Source: an uncultured Gammaproteobacteria bacterium
GTDB taxonomy: Bacteria > Patescibacteriota > Patescibacteriia > Magasanikbacterales > GWA2-37-8
Assembly: GCA_964596525.1 (NCBI GenBank)
Contig: CAZQUL010000001.1
Location: forward strand, 460,830-524,829
Reading direction: 5' to 3'
Length of the DNA stretch: 64,000 nucleotides
Of this stretch, positions 63,571 through 64,000 are shown one piece after another. A program made the translations under genes and the position numbers. Below the pieces are notes generated by a model. That model did not search any database. It saw only the letters and a list, made by a program, of their open reading frames with translations, and was not told the origin of the DNA. Every line of letters begins with the position of its first letter. Position 1 is the first letter of the stretch.

Positions 63571-64000
63571 ATGCTCGGCAATCTTTTCCACGTCGTGCTG
63601 TATCAGCCGATTTTCAACTTGTTTATCGGTCTCTACAACATCATTCCCGGACATGATTTGACACTCGTCATTCTTGTCCTGACCATCATCATCCGCCTTA
63701 TCGTGTCGCCTCTTACGCTCCGCTACGTGCGCGCGCAGCAATCGATGCTTGTCCTTAACCCCAAGCTCGAGGCCATCAAAAAAGAATACGCCGCCGACAA
63801 GCAAAAGCAGGCGCAGGCCATTATGGAGCTCTACAAACAGCACAAGGTGAATCCGTTCACTTCGTGCTTGCCGCTCCTACTGCAACTCCCGATCATCATC
63901 GCGCTTTATCGTGTACTCTCCACCGGCATCGTTACTACCGACGTTGGATCGGTGTTGTACCCATTCGTTTCGAACCCCGGCCGAATCGATACCGTAAGCT
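63571..64000 (+). CDS. yidC: YidC/Oxa1-family membrane protein insertase (5' part; continues past the window end)
   Basis: MLGNLFHVVLYQPIFNLF...KVNPFTSCLPLLLQLPIIIALY is the conserved YidC core. Not in the ORF track because no stop occurs within the window. Confidence 0.75.
   Translation, partial: MLGNLFHVVLYQPIFNLFIGLYNIIPGHDLTLVILVLTIIIRLIVSPLTLRYVRAQQSMLVLNPKLEAIKKEYAADKQKQAQAIMELYKQHKVNPFTSCLPLLLQLPIIIALYRVLSTGIVTTDVGSVLYPFVSNPGRIDTVS

Noticed and set aside
63565-63843. 92-aa minus-strand ORF after nusA
   Set aside because: It overlaps the conserved yidC reading frame on the opposite strand.

Overview
This 64-kb window comes from a compact bacterial chromosome of roughly 55-60% GC. Nearly every gene carries a strong GGAGG-type ribosome-binding site, and promoters recur as cTTGACAaaa-N17-TGgTATAnT.

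Core genes in order:
- rpoB (5' end outside the window) and rpoC.
- A UvrD-family helicase.
- A minus-strand oxidative-stress and iron cluster: YtxH, Fe/Mn SOD, AhpC-type peroxiredoxin, an MbfA-like erythrin-VIT iron exporter and a RodZ-like HTH protein.
- prmC, rlmI, tdk, and groES-groEL with a sigma70 promoter plus a CIRCE-like operator.
- A POT peptide transporter, a DEAD-box helicase and a PadR-PspC pair.
- gyrA, tRNA-Arg(CCG), rpmF-nusB-rnc, tRNA-Lys(CTT), tRNA-Arg(TCG), rpsA, ftsH, nusA and yidC (3' end outside the window).

Accessory and unusual content:
- A family of ~100-130 bp nested-palindromic intergenic elements (GTCATTGCGAG...GAAGCAATCCC...GGGGATTGCTTCG...CTCGCAATGAC) in 4 same-orientation copies. 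Each sits just downstream of a plus-strand gene, and one fills the groES-groEL spacer.
- A tandem array at 48.5-51.2 kb, next to tRNA-Arg, of three paralogous two-transmembrane-helix protein genes. Each has its own family promoter and a related AAACGACC-type terminator hairpin.
- A low-GC pair of tandem paralogs at 44.1-44.9 kb.
- Many small secreted or membrane proteins driven by near-identical promoters.
- A standalone promoter-to-terminator unit at 23.79-24.05 kb that is either an sRNA or the mRNA of a 33-aa hydrophobic peptide.
- A 24-codon aromatic-rich upstream ORF ahead of a lipoprotein and an M23-peptidase/Kelch gene.
- A cytochrome P450.

No CRISPR array, rRNA, transposase or integrase was seen. 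Coordinates derived from my own base-counting of the sequence rows may be off by 1-2 nt; CDS ends taken from the ORF track are exact.
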